From Pseudomonadota bacterium (GTDB lineage Bacteria; Pseudomonadota; Alphaproteobacteria; Geminicoccales; Geminicoccaceae), in contig JAUQQO010000055.1 in the NCBI GenBank assembly GCA_030549795.1, positions 1,436 through 65,435 on the forward strand: a stretch of DNA of 64,000 bases, given 5' to 3'. A program made the translations under genes and the position numbers. Positions 27,454 to 37,466 of this stretch are shown in pieces; within the stretch, counting starts at the first letter, position 1, and every line of letters starts with the position of its first letter. The notes under the pieces are model-generated. The model was not told where the DNA came from, searched no databases, and saw only the letters and a program-made list of their open reading frames with translations.

Positions 27454-28331
27454 TCCGGGCGACGGTGTAACTTGAAGTTGAAAATATGATCTTTGATCTC
27501 TTTTGTTCGATCGAGATCGATTTCCGCTGTAATGAGCTCGTCGTCGAGCGTGCTGCACATCGCCACGATTTCTCCAGTCGGCGCGACGATGCAGCTCTGG
27601 CCGATGAGAAGACAGCCGTCTTCGACCCCGCATTTGGCGGTGGCGACGACCCAGGTTCCGTTCTGATAGGCCCCGGCTTGCAGCACGAGGTGGTTGTGAA
27701 AGTTCTGCAGATGATCGTGTTGTGGCACCGGAGGATAGTGCTGCGGCGTGTTGTAGCCCACCGCCACCAGCTCGACGCCCTTAAGACCCAGGACCCGCCA
27801 GGCTTCCGGCCAGCGCCGATCATTACAGATCAACATGCCAAGCTTGCCACCCAAAGCATCGAAGACCGGAAAGCCGAGATCACCGGGCTCGAAATAGCGC
27901 TTCTCGAGGTGCTGGAAGGGACGCCAGGGTTCGTGCTCGCGATGACCGGGCAAATGTACTTTGCGGTATTTCCCGACGATGCGCCCGGATCCGTCGACTA
28001 GGATGGCTGTATTGAAGCGCCGGCCCTCGGGGGTGAGCTCGGCATAGCCCAATACGAAGCCGCAGCCGGTTTCCGCCGCCAGCTCGAAGAGCGGGCGCGT
28101 CGTCGGATTCGGCATCGCTCGCTCGAAGAACGTAAGGAGCTCTTCGTCGCGCTCGAACCAATAGCGGGGGAAAAAGGTGGTAAGCGCCAATTCCGGGAAG
28201 ACGACCAGGCGGGCTTTGCGCGCCGTCGCCTCGCGCAAGAGGGCAACGAGCCGCCGCACCACCGCTTGTCGGCTCTCGCTGCGTCCGATCGGACCCATCT
28301 GCGCGGCGGCGACGACGAGCTTGCGGCTCAT
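27426..28331 (-). CDS. N-carbamoyl-D-amino-acid hydrolase (D-carbamoylase, nitrilase superfamily)
   Basis: Near-colinear with my memory of Agrobacterium DCase: VVFPELALTTFFPR (Glu), GKYRKVHLPGH (Lys), LICNDRRWPEAWRV (Cys), NTPQHYPPVPQHDHL, SCIVAPTGEIVA, HIFNFKLHRRPE. The ATG overlaps the upstream stop (ATGA). Confidence 0.9.
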   Translation of the reverse strand: MSRKLVVAAAQMGPIGRSESRQAVVRRLVALLREATARKARLVVFPELALTTFFPRYWFERDEELLTFFERAMPNPTTRPLFELAAETGCGFVLGYAELTPEGRRFNTAILVDGSGRIVGKYRKVHLPGHREHEPWRPFQHLEKRYFEPGDLGFPVFDALGGKLGMLICNDRRWPEAWRVLGLKGVELVAVGYNTPQHYPPVPQHDHLQNFHNHLVLQAGAYQNGTWVVATAKCGVEDGCLLIGQSCIVAPTGEIVAMCSTLDDELITAEIDLDRTKEIKDHIFNFKLHRRPECYAEISAR

Positions 28332-29500
28332 TGAGGCCTCTTCGCGATCGGCGGTTCCTTTGTCTCGTCCACGAGCTGCGCATAGAGCTCGGGGTCGGTC
28401 GCCCCCTCGGTTCCGAACAGAAGCACGCGGCTGTGCGGGCCGAGATCGAGCTTTCCGCGCAGTTCGGGATGGTGGGCGAGGGCGACGAGCGCGGCAAGGC
28501 CGGCAACCGCACTCTCGCCGGCAACGATCGGCGGGTCGCCCGCTGTTCCGCGCGCGAGCAGCCGCATGGCCGCGATCGCGGCTTCATCGGGCACCGTGAG
28601 GAAGACGTGCGCGAGCTCGTCGAGAACCGGCCAGGCGAGCGAAGACGGCTCACCACAGGCAAGTCCGGCCATGAGGGTGGCGAGATCGCCGCTTACGGCG
28701 GTGCGCGTTCCCGCCGCGCAGCTCGCAAAGCAACCCGCGGCCCGCTCGGGCTCGACGACGAGGACGAGCGGCCGCTGATCGGGAAAGCGCCGCGCGAAAC
28801 TCCATGCGATCGCCGCCGCAAACGAACCCACACCAGCCTGCAGCACGAGATGGGTGGGCGGGGCAGTCAGGGCCTGCACCGCTTCTTCGGCAAGGACTGT
28901 ATAACCTTCCATGACCCGGCGCGGGATCTCCTCATAGCCCGGCCATGCGGTATCGGCGACGATGTGCCAACCATTGCGGTGGGCTTCGGCAGCGCAGGCG
29001 CTGACCGCTTGGTCGTAACTCGCGCCCGCTACGCGCACTTCCGCACCGAAGCCGGCGATGGCGCGTTTGCGCCCCTCACTCACTTTCTCGTGGACGAAGA
29101 TCACCGCGCGACAGCCGAAGCGCCGAGCGGCCCAGGCGACGGCGCGGCCGTGGTTGCCGTCGGTGGCGGCGGTCACCGTAAGATCGGTCCCGTGACGGGC
29201 CACCAACCAGCCGACGGCGCGCGCCCCGCCCAGGGCCTTGAAACTGCCGAGCCCGAAGCGGCCACTCTCGTCCTTGTAGAGGAGCTCGCCCAAGCCGAGC
29301 GCGTCTGCGAGCCCATCGAGGCGACGCAAGGGCGAGGGTGCGTAGCCGGGCCAACTGCGGATGAAGATCTGCGCTTCGCGCACCTCTTCCGCGTCGAGAA
29401 GAGCGAGAACCGCCGGGCTCGGGCGGCGCCGCACTCGGGGGTTGAAGAGCACCCTAAGTGCGTGCGGATGAAAGGCCTCTAGCGCGATCGGTACTGACAC
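28328..29500 (-). CDS. Diaminopropionate ammonia-lyase-like PLP enzyme (fold type II)
   Basis: YKDESGRFGLGSFKALGGA (PLP lysine) and ATDGNHGRAVAWAARRFG match the YgeX/DpaL pattern. I prefer the GTG at 29500 (GGAG 5 nt upstream; the length then fits homologs). The maximal ORF reaches 29608. Confidence 0.8.
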   Translation of the reverse strand: MSVPIALEAFHPHALRVLFNPRVRRRPSPAVLALLDAEEVREAQIFIRSWPGYAPSPLRRLDGLADALGLGELLYKDESGRFGLGSFKALGGARAVGWLVARHGTDLTVTAATDGNHGRAVAWAARRFGCRAVIFVHEKVSEGRKRAIAGFGAEVRVAGASYDQAVSACAAEAHRNGWHIVADTAWPGYEEIPRRVMEGYTVLAEEAVQALTAPPTHLVLQAGVGSFAAAIAWSFARRFPDQRPLVLVVEPERAAGCFASCAAGTRTAVSGDLATLMAGLACGEPSSLAWPVLDELAHVFLTVPDEAAIAAMRLLARGTAGDPPIVAGESAVAGLAALVALAHHPELRGKLDLGPHSRVLLFGTEGATDPELYAQLVDETKEPPIAKRPQ

Positions 29501-29685
29501 GACACTCCGGATCGACAACCACGCCGCGCGCTGTTTGAGACGCGCCGGCCTCGCGCGGGCAGCGCGCCTGTTCTCGGTGAGCGATTTAAGCCGCGCAAGC
29601 CCCCGCACGCGCGTTTAGGGCACGCGCGAGCGATCGGGTTCTCGAACCGCGCGTCTTGCGCTAGGCGCAGCAGCGCAGCTCGGAG

Positions 29686-30546
29686 GTGGCGGTGCCGATC
29701 GCAGGCGATCTCGATCACGCGGTCTTTTTGGTGCAGGATCTCGATAAGGCCGAGCGGCAAGCAGAGCGGCTCGGTTTTCGCCCGACTCCGCGCGGCGTTC
29801 ATTCTGCGCACATGGGCACAGCCAACGCCACCATCGTCTTTCCCGACCGCCGCACCTACGTCGAGCTCTTGGGCATCGTTGCGCCCACACCCGCCAATGC
29901 CGTGCAACGCGCACGACTTGCGCGCGGCGAGGGGCTCTTCGGCCTCGCGTTTAAGAGCTCTGACGCACGCGTTGATGCCGCCGAGCTCACGCGGATTGGA
30001 GCAGCAGACGGCGAGGCGGTGGACTTCGCGCGCCCGGTCGCCTTGCCCTCAGGCGTAAAGAACGCGCGCTTTACCGTCGCCCGTGCGCGGCCGGAAGTGA
30101 CGCCCGCGGCGTGGTGCTTCGTCTGTCAGCACCACACCCCCGAGCTCGTCTGGCGCGCGGACTATCTCGAGCATCCCAACGGCGCCCTCGCCTTGAGCGA
30201 GATCATCGGTGCAGCACCGGATCCAAGGGCGATCGAGCCCGCCTGGCGCGCGGTGTTCGGTGAGCGGGTCACCGCGATCCAAGGCGGCTTTCGGCTCGCA
30301 AGCGCCACCGCGCCGATCACCATGCTCGCTCCTGATGCGCTCGTCGCGCGGCTGGGTGCGCTCGCGCGGAAGGTTAAGGTTGAAGAACCGCAGCTGATCG
30401 CCGCGTGCTTTGCGCTGCGTGCGGCGGCGCCGGCCGAAGCGCTGTGGGAGCGGGCTCGAATACCCGTCTCCCGAGGCCCCGGGGGCACTCTTCTCGTGGG
30501 CCCCGAAGACGGGTTCGGAGCGGTGCTCTGTTTCCACGTCCCGTGA
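29686..30546 (+). CDS. VOC/glyoxalase-like domain protein
   Basis: LDHAVFLVQDLDKAERQAERLGFRPTPRGVHSAHMGTANATIVFPDRRTYVELLGI is typical of the glyoxalase-like domain family. Start is GTG 29686 or 29692. Confidence 0.6.
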   Translation: MAVPIAGDLDHAVFLVQDLDKAERQAERLGFRPTPRGVHSAHMGTANATIVFPDRRTYVELLGIVAPTPANAVQRARLARGEGLFGLAFKSSDARVDAAELTRIGAADGEAVDFARPVALPSGVKNARFTVARARPEVTPAAWCFVCQHHTPELVWRADYLEHPNGALALSEIIGAAPDPRAIEPAWRAVFGERVTAIQGGFRLASATAPITMLAPDALVARLGALARKVKVEEPQLIAACFALRAAAPAEALWERARIPVSRGPGGTLLVGPEDGFGAVLCFHVP

Positions 30547-31838
30547 GCCAGGCGAACGCAGGCATCGGGTCGCTGTGGGAGGTCACGGCGCCGCCGGCGC
30601 CGAGCTTCCCGGCGCTCGCTCAAGAGCTCGAGGTCGAGGTGGCGATCGTCGGCGCCGGGCTCACCGGCCTTTCGACTGCGCTGCACCTCGCGGAGCGGGC
30701 TCCTGCGTGCACGATCGCCGTTCTCGAAGCGGAAGAACCCGGCTTTGGCGCCTCGGGCCGCAATAACGGGCAAGTGATCCCGACCCTCACCGCGCTCGAC
30801 CCTAACGACATCGTTGCTCGCTTGGGACCCGAGCGCGGCGAGCGCTTCGTCGCGCTGGTTCGCGATTCGGCGGCTTTTACCTTCGATCTTATCCGCCGGC
30901 TCGGCATTTCCTGCGATGCGGAGCAAACCGGCTGGATCCAGCCCGCCCACAGTCCCTCCCGCTTCGAGCAGATCTCCAAACCGCGCTTCGCCCAGTGGGC
31001 GCAGCGCGGGGCGGATGTCGTCCTGCTCGAGCCGAACCAGCTCGCCCAAATGCTGGGAAGCCGAGCGTGGCATGGCGGCTGGATGGCGCGCACGGGCGGG
31101 CATCTCAATCCGCTCGCCTTCGTTCGCGGCCTCGCGCGCGCGGTGGCGGAGCGCGGGGTTCGCCTGTTCTGTCGCTCGCCCGTGGTGCGGCTCGAGCGCA
31201 CGGGCGCGCGCTGGCGCCTCGCCACGCCCGAAGGCGCGCTCACCGCCCGCCGGGTGCTGCTCGCCACCGCTGCCTATTCCGGTAGGGTGACGGGTGCGCT
31301 CGCCCGCTCGTACCTTCCGTTCTACCCGTGGATGCTCGCTACCGAGCCGCTGCCAGAGGCCGTTCGCCAACAGGTGATCCCGGGCCGCCAGGCGGTCTCG
31401 GATACCCGCGCGGATCTGCGCTTTATGCGCTGGACGGCGGACGGTCGGCTGGTCTCGGGCGGTGCGCTCGCCCTTCCCGTATTGGAGCGGGTGCGCCTTG
31501 AGCGGCGGGTCGGAGCCATCTTGGCCGAGGCCTTCCCCGCCCTGCGGGGCGTACGCTTCGCGTTCGCCTGGAGCGGGGCGATCGCGCTCACCCCCGACCG
31601 CGGACCCCATCTGGTGCGGCTCGGACCCGAGCTGTTTGCCTGGATCGGCTGCAACGGCCGCGGCGTGGCGCTCGCGACCGCGCTCGGACCGCACCTTGCG
31701 GCCTTGCTCAGCGGTGCCCCCGAAACCGAGCTACCGCTTCCACTCGAGCCGGTGCGCAGCATACCGGCGCGGGCGTTGCTCGCGCCGTTGGGGCGGCTGG
31801 CGCTCGTGTACTACCGCTGGCGCGATTGGCGCGCGTGA
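30543..31838 (+). CDS. FAD-dependent oxidoreductase (DAO/DadA-like family)
   Basis: Dinucleotide fold VEVAIVGAGLTGLSTALHLAE. The GTG at 30543 overlaps the upstream stop (GTGA). The track ORF start at 30405 lies inside the VOC gene. Confidence 0.8.
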   Translation: MSQANAGIGSLWEVTAPPAPSFPALAQELEVEVAIVGAGLTGLSTALHLAERAPACTIAVLEAEEPGFGASGRNNGQVIPTLTALDPNDIVARLGPERGERFVALVRDSAAFTFDLIRRLGISCDAEQTGWIQPAHSPSRFEQISKPRFAQWAQRGADVVLLEPNQLAQMLGSRAWHGGWMARTGGHLNPLAFVRGLARAVAERGVRLFCRSPVVRLERTGARWRLATPEGALTARRVLLATAAYSGRVTGALARSYLPFYPWMLATEPLPEAVRQQVIPGRQAVSDTRADLRFMRWTADGRLVSGGALALPVLERVRLERRVGAILAEAFPALRGVRFAFAWSGAIALTPDRGPHLVRLGPELFAWIGCNGRGVALATALGPHLAALLSGAPETELPLPLEPVRSIPARALLAPLGRLALVYYRWRDWRA

Positions 31839-32593
31839 GAACCGCCTCGCGAGCTTTGGGCGAGGGCGACCCCGCCCACCGCCTGGTCGGTGGGCAAGAG
31901 ATCGATGCGGGTGAGATCGACGTGCGCGGGGAGCCGCAGTGCCGCGACCACGACGCGGGCGACCTCCGACGGTTCGAGGGGACGGATGGGACGGTAGAGT
32001 TGCTCTTCGACCCGGCTGCGGTCGCCTAAGGCCTCGAGGTAGATGTCGGTGCGCACCCGCCCGGGGTTGATCTCGCTCACCCGGATCCCGCTGCCGAGAA
32101 GATCGAGGCGCAAGCTCTGCGCGAACATGGAGAGGGCGGCTTTGCTCGCGCCATAGACCGCAAGCTGCGGATAGGGGGTGTGGGCGGCGATCGACGACAC
32201 GAAGAAAATATGGCCGCGGCGGCGTGCGATCATGCCCGGAAGCACCACCCGCACGGTGTGCATCGCCGCCTTGAGGTTGAGATCGAGCACCGCATCGACG
32301 TCGTACCGGCTCGCCTCGGCGAACGAGCGAAGGGCGGTGATCCGACCGGCATTGATGACGAGGACATCGATCGAGAGTGTGGCCAAGGCGCGCTCGAGCG
32401 CATCCGTATCAGTAAGATCGAGCGGCAGCGCTCTGCAGCCGGTGGCGCGCGCAAGAGCCTCAAGCGCATCCTGGGATCGTGCCACCGCCCACACCGCGAG
32501 GCCTTCGGCCCGTAAGGCTTCGACGATCGCCGCGCCGATGCCGCGCGAGGCACCGGTCACAAGCGCGGTGCTGTAAGCGAGCTCTGCGCCCAC
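31811..32593 (-). CDS. Short-chain dehydrogenase/reductase (SDR)
   Basis: ALVTGASRGIGAAIVEAL cofactor motif, NAG, and YGASKAAL catalytic YxxxK. GTG start at 32593. Confidence 0.9.
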   Translation of the reverse strand: MGAELAYSTALVTGASRGIGAAIVEALRAEGLAVWAVARSQDALEALARATGCRALPLDLTDTDALERALATLSIDVLVINAGRITALRSFAEASRYDVDAVLDLNLKAAMHTVRVVLPGMIARRRGHIFFVSSIAAHTPYPQLAVYGASKAALSMFAQSLRLDLLGSGIRVSEINPGRVRTDIYLEALGDRSRVEEQLYRPIRPLEPSEVARVVVAALRLPAHVDLTRIDLLPTDQAVGGVALAQSSRGGSHARQSRQR

Positions 32594-32783
32594 GCCTCAT
32601 CCCTTAAGCTCGACCGCAGGATCGCTTAGCGGGTTGTGACTTGGCGATCCAGACCCCAAGGACGCCGCAGCAGAGCGCAATCGGCGTTGCGTGCACACAA
32701 GCGTAACGAAGCGGAGGCATCGGCCACACGCAAAGGGCAGGGCTTGAGGCTTGGCGGGCAAGCCAAGGCGCGAACCGGGTGCT

Positions 32784-35024
32784 CTAAGTGAGCTCGCGCG
32801 CGCGCTTGGTCGGATCGGCTTGATTGAGAACTGCGCCAAAGAGCTTGGGGGCGAGCTCGGGTGCGCGGGAAAGCGCGGCTGCGATCGTATCCCGTTCGGT
32901 CGTCTTCCAGCGCAGGACGAGGATGACGCAGTCGACTGAGGGGGCGATCAGGCGCGCGTCGGCGTAGGCGAGAAGGGCCGGCGTGTCGACGAGGACGAGG
33001 TCGAAGCGCGCGCGCGCCGAACCCAACAGCCGCCCGAGGCCCTCAGCACCGAGCAGCCGGGTGGGCCGGTTGGCATCGGCGGTACCCGGCAGCACCACAA
33101 GGCCGCTTTCGGGATCGACTCCGAGTGCCGCATCGAGGCGGGCCTCGCCGCGCAGGACCTGGGCGAGCCCCGGCCGCGGCGGCGCACCCAGCCGCGCGTT
33201 CGCGGCGGGGCGGTGGACGTCGGCATCGACGAGGAGCGTTTTGAGGCCCTCGCGCGCAGCCAGCCGTCCGAGCGCGAGGGCGAAGGTGGTCTTGCCTTCG
33301 CCCGCCAACGCCGAGGCGATCATGACGACGAGCCCCTCTGTCGGTCGACGCGAAGCGAGCAGGCTCGCGAGGATGCTGCGCACGCTTTCGGTGAAGCGAC
33401 TGTCCGGTCGCTCGAGGACCATGCGTTCCGGTGCCGGCTGCGAACGGCCGATGAGCCGGGGCAATACGGCGACGGTGGCCACACCGAGGGTGTCGTGCAC
33501 GTCGCTGACGCTGCGCAAACCGCGCGCGCCGATCTCCCGCAAATAGACGGCGACCGTTGCAATCAGGAGCGATACGGTTGCAGAAACCGAGAAGGCGAGG
33601 TTGATGCGCGGAAAGACCGGCGCATCCGGCGGCACCGCTTCCGAGATCACCCGCGCATCGGGTCGGTGCACGGCTTCGCTTTGGGCGATGCGCTCGACGA
33701 GTGCAAGGTAGGATTCGTAATTGCGGCGGCTGGCATCGGCCCGCTGTTCGAGCGCTGCGAGCTCGCGCGCTGTACGCTCGGCATCGAGGACACGTGCCTT
33801 AAGCCGCTCGATCTCGCGCAGAAGCGTCTGCTCGCGGCTGCGTAGCGTCTGAACGGCGGCTTCCTGCTCGCGCAACAGACTAGCCTGTTCATATTCGATG
33901 CGGGCCTCGAGTTCGGCCCGCTCGCGGCGCACATCGAGAATCTTGGGATGTTTATCGCCATAATGTGCCTTGAGCTCGGCCTCACGGCGCAGCGTCTGGG
34001 CCTTGAGTGCGGCGAGGTTCTGTAAAAACGCCGATGATGCGAGCTCATCGAGCGCGGGCAAGGGCTCGCCTTTGCGCATCAGTTCGCGCAGGCGCTTAAG
34101 CCGCGCCTCTTTGGCTTCGCGCTCGGCGGCGAGTGCAATGAGATCGCGCTCGAGCTGGGCGATCCGCTCCGCCTCGCGCCGGAGGTCGATGGTGCCGTTG
34201 GGAAGATGCCGAGCGCGGAACTCGGCCATAGCGGCGAGATCGGCTTCATGCTGGGCCTTAAGCGCCGCCAGGCGCTCGTTGAGCCATGCGCGGTTGCGCT
34301 TTGCCGCCTCGGCTTTGCTCTCGAGCTGGGCAAGTTGGTACTGTTCGGCGATGGCATTTGCTATGCGTGCCGCCTTGGCGGCGTCGTGGGCACGGAAGGC
34401 GACGGCGATCACATAGCTGCGCCCCTCGCGGGTGACCGCAAGGCGCTCCAAGAAGCGATCGACGAGCCGTTCGATGGGATCCTCTTGGCCATCGGCCACG
34501 CCATTCGGCGAGGTTTTTTCACGCGCGCGGGCAAGGCCTGCGCGCAGCGCGGCGAACAGGGGAGCGGGTGCCGCGAGCGGGGTGGCGAACTCGGGATCCT
34601 CGTGGAGAGCGAGGTTGACGACGGTCGCGCGCACGAGCGCGCGCGAGGTGAGCACGCGCAGCTGGCTCTCGATGAAGGCGTTGTCGAGCGCGCCGCCGCT
34701 GATCGGCGCCGGGTCGCCGCCGCGGCTGCGATCGGGGTCGATAAGGAGCAGCACGCGCGCCTCGTAGACCGCCGGCAGAAGGGCCGCGATGCCGGTCGTA
34801 AGGCCGCATCCCAAAAGAAGAATGACGGCAACGAGCAGGCGATGGCGCCACAGCACGCGCAAAAGATCGAGCAGCGTAAGCTCGCGCGTCTGTTTACCGC
34901 TCACCGCACGAACCACACCGCACCGCCCTGTGTTGGAAGCCTGCCGGCGAACGCGCGCGGCAAGAGGGGCCTTGCGAGCGGGCGCGCGAAGGCTAAAGCG
35001 AGTGCGGCTAAGACCGCACCGCAC
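32784..35024 (-). CDS. Polysaccharide chain-length determinant / BY-type tyrosine autokinase (GumC/ExoP/Wzc-like)
   Basis: N-terminal Wzz-like domain with a TM helix (LLVAVILLLGCGLTTGIAALL), a long coiled-coil, a second TM, and a C-terminal kinase with Walker A SALAGEGKTT, A' LLVDADVHRP and B DLVLVDTPAL. The exact start is uncertain. Confidence 0.8.
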   Translation of the reverse strand: MRCGLSRTRFSLRAPARKAPLAARVRRQASNTGRCGVVRAVSGKQTRELTLLDLLRVLWRHRLLVAVILLLGCGLTTGIAALLPAVYEARVLLLIDPDRSRGGDPAPISGGALDNAFIESQLRVLTSRALVRATVVNLALHEDPEFATPLAAPAPLFAALRAGLARAREKTSPNGVADGQEDPIERLVDRFLERLAVTREGRSYVIAVAFRAHDAAKAARIANAIAEQYQLAQLESKAEAAKRNRAWLNERLAALKAQHEADLAAMAEFRARHLPNGTIDLRREAERIAQLERDLIALAAEREAKEARLKRLRELMRKGEPLPALDELASSAFLQNLAALKAQTLRREAELKAHYGDKHPKILDVRRERAELEARIEYEQASLLREQEAAVQTLRSREQTLLREIERLKARVLDAERTARELAALEQRADASRRNYESYLALVERIAQSEAVHRPDARVISEAVPPDAPVFPRINLAFSVSATVSLLIATVAVYLREIGARGLRSVSDVHDTLGVATVAVLPRLIGRSQPAPERMVLERPDSRFTESVRSILASLLASRRPTEGLVVMIASALAGEGKTTFALALGRLAAREGLKTLLVDADVHRPAANARLGAPPRPGLAQVLRGEARLDAALGVDPESGLVVLPGTADANRPTRLLGAEGLGRLLGSARARFDLVLVDTPALLAYADARLIAPSVDCVILVLRWKTTERDTIAAALSRAPELAPKLFGAVLNQADPTKRARELT

Positions 35025-35277
35025 CTGCCGAGGGCTCGATGATCGGTACTCTGATGAGCGCCCGGGGTCCGAAGCGCGCGTCGAGGCGTAGCCCGTTTCC
35101 TTGCGCTTTCCTCACAGGCCGTCGCGGTCGCTGCAGGAGGTGCCGCCACGCGCGCACTAAGCGAGGCAGGGGCGCTGCCGGTTCGAACCACCAACCGGGG
35201 TGGAGCGGGCATGCTTCTACCATTACGAGATGCGCCGGGCGTTTATAACGCGTAAGTAGATAAACGCTCAACCGTCG

Positions 35278-37401
35278 TCAGCGTTCGCGAAGGTGCGCCC
35301 AGGGCCATCGTCCCCGCGCTTGCGCGACGCTACGGGTGAGGACGGTGCCGTCTGCCTCGATCCGGAGCGCGAGCCCGCCGGAGCGCGACAGCGCGCGCGG
35401 GCCCACGAGCGCCGCCGTGCCGTTCGGACAGGATTCGGGTCCGAGGCGGGCGACGACGTACGCGGCCGTGCGGCAATCCTCGAGCAGCGCGTCGATGCGC
35501 CGGGCAAGAGCGATCGCGGTCGGCGCCTGCGCCAGCCGGCAGCCGGCGCGATCGCAGCGCAAGGGATGGGGGGTGTCTGGCGCGGCGGCACCGCCGAGGG
35601 CGGCAAGCAACGCCGCGCCGCGACGGAGGTCCGGATCGAAGGCCGCGAGGTGGGCGCCTTCGGCTGCGCGTACGGCGACGAGATCGAGATAAGGGGTCAC
35701 CGCGAGATCGGGCGGGCGGTTGAGGGCGATCACGAGCCCGGCGAAGGGGATCGCGAGCAAGCCGAACAAGCGCAGTCCGCCGCGCCAGAGGGCGAGCCAC
35801 AGACCGCCGAGCCAGAGGGCCACGAGGGCGGAGGCGGGCCAGATCGGCACGGTGAGCACGGCCCCCGGAAGAGACGCGGCCGCGCGGGCGAGGGCGAGCA
35901 AAAGCGACAGCCCAGCACCCATAACGGCAACCGGCAGCGCATCCAACCCGAACGGCATGAGCAAAAGCGCCAACAAGCCGCTCGGCATGATCCACAAGCT
36001 CGTAAGCGGAACGGCGAGCAGGTTGGCAAGCGTGCTCCAGGTCGGAAGGTTATGGAAGTGGAAGGCGACGAGGGGCGTGGTGGCGAGACCAGCAATCAAA
36101 GTGGTGCCCGCCAAGGCGGCAAGATAGCGCGCGATGCGGGCGAAAAAGCCGAGTTCGCCGATCGTGCGCCTCTTGCCCAACTGTTCCCAGACGACGATCA
36201 GCGCGAGCACAGCGGCAAAGGAGAGCTGAAAGGAGGGGCCGATCACCGCCTCGGGCTGCAGCACCAAGACGATGGATGCCGCCACGGCGAGCAGGCGCAG
36301 CGAGAGGGGGTTGCGGTCGAGGAGGATGGCGCCGAGCGCGGCGGCGAGCATGAGAAAGGCGCGTTGCGTTGGAACCGAGCCGCCGGCGAGCGCGAGGTAG
36401 AAGGCGGCTGCGAGGAGTGCGAGGACGGCGGCCGGTTTGCGGGCCGGAACCCGAAGCGCGAGCGCTGGGATGAGCGCGAACAGCCAGCGCCCCGCGAGCA
36501 ACACTGTGCCGGCGACGAGGGTCATGTGCAGCCCGGAGATCGAGAGGAGGTGGGCAAGGCCAGAAGCTTGAAAGGCGCGCCAGAGCGATTCGTCGATGCC
36601 GGCCCTGATCCCGGTGAGGAGCGCAGTGGCGAGCGCATCTTCCGGTTCGGGCAGCAGTTGCGTGAGCCGTCGGGCAACCTGCGTGCGCAGCTCGGCGATC
36701 ACGAGCGCAAGGCTGTGGGGTTCCTCGAACGCGAGCAGCTCGGGCCGGCCGAGCGTCCAACCAACCGCGCCGATGCGCTCGAACCAGGCATGGCGGGCGA
36801 AGTCGAAGGCGCCCGGAACGACCGGTCCTTCCGGGGCGCGCAACTGGGCGCGCAGCCGGATCCATTGCCCCACGGCCAGGGCCTCGGCGCCCAAGCGGAC
36901 CGTAAGGCGCACCCGCGCCGGGGTGCGCTCGGCAGCGAGTCCCTCAATCGTCACTTGATCGAGCAGAAGGCGTATCCCGTCTTCGCCTCGGGGCTCGAGT
37001 TCGACGACCCTTCCCGCAACCCGATAGACACCGTCGCGCTCGAGGACGGGAGCCGCCACCTGAGCGAGCCGCACGCCCAAGGCCGTAGTACCGATCGCAA
37101 CGGAGGCGAGCGCAGCGAGCGCCAGGCCCAAAAGCGGGCGTTGGGGGCGCACGAGCCAGGCGCCCACGATTGCGCTCACTGCGATGCAGAACGCGAGCCC
37201 ATAGACGGCGCCGGGAGGAGGTTCGAAGCAGAGCAAGGGCAGCAGGATGCCGAGTGCGATCCCGACCGGCATCCAGAGGAACCAGCGGTCCGCTTGGGCG
37301 AGGAATGCGCGGCCGCAGACCACCAGGGCGCGGGCGAACAGCGCAGCGGGGGTCGCCCGCGCGTGGCGGTCGGGCGTGGAGGGCGCGGCCGCGGCGTGCA
37401 T
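35278..37401 (-). CDS. comEC: ComEC/Rec2 family DNA-uptake channel protein
   Basis: Multi-pass membrane protein with PGAFDFARHAWFERIGAVG and LLTGIRAGIDESLWRAFQASGLAHLLSISGLHMTLVAG, which are ComEC signatures. I prefer the ATG at 37401. The track start at 37464 is a TTG only 2 nt from the gltX ATG. Confidence 0.8.
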   Translation of the reverse strand: MHAAAAPSTPDRHARATPAALFARALVVCGRAFLAQADRWFLWMPVGIALGILLPLLCFEPPPGAVYGLAFCIAVSAIVGAWLVRPQRPLLGLALAALASVAIGTTALGVRLAQVAAPVLERDGVYRVAGRVVELEPRGEDGIRLLLDQVTIEGLAAERTPARVRLTVRLGAEALAVGQWIRLRAQLRAPEGPVVPGAFDFARHAWFERIGAVGWTLGRPELLAFEEPHSLALVIAELRTQVARRLTQLLPEPEDALATALLTGIRAGIDESLWRAFQASGLAHLLSISGLHMTLVAGTVLLAGRWLFALIPALALRVPARKPAAVLALLAAAFYLALAGGSVPTQRAFLMLAAALGAILLDRNPLSLRLLAVAASIVLVLQPEAVIGPSFQLSFAAVLALIVVWEQLGKRRTIGELGFFARIARYLAALAGTTLIAGLATTPLVAFHFHNLPTWSTLANLLAVPLTSLWIMPSGLLALLLMPFGLDALPVAVMGAGLSLLLALARAAASLPGAVLTVPIWPASALVALWLGGLWLALWRGGLRLFGLLAIPFAGLVIALNRPPDLAVTPYLDLVAVRAAEGAHLAAFDPDLRRGAALLAALGGAAAPDTPHPLRCDRAGCRLAQAPTAIALARRIDALLEDCRTAAYVVARLGPESCPNGTAALVGPRALSRSGGLALRIEADGTVLTRSVAQARGRWPWAHLRER

Positions 37402-37466
37402 GGCGCGTCGGTCCGTGCTAGAGGCGCAGCAACCGACTCTCAGGCACTCTGCGAGCTTTTTCAACC

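Noticed and set aside
35165-35245. tRNA-like strings on the minus strand in the exoP-comEC intergenic region: gtaatggtagaagcat resembling a D-arm, ctCCAcc, ggttcgaacc resembling a T-loop, and gcccgctcca.
   Set aside because: I could not fold a cloverleaf. There is no complementary 7-bp acceptor stem. The T-region forms a 6-bp stem with a 9-nt loop (ccggtt...aaccgg) instead of a 5-bp stem with a 7-nt loop. The D and anticodon stems do not pair. It is at best a decayed tRNA fragment or a coincidence. A tRNAscan/Infernal run would settle it.
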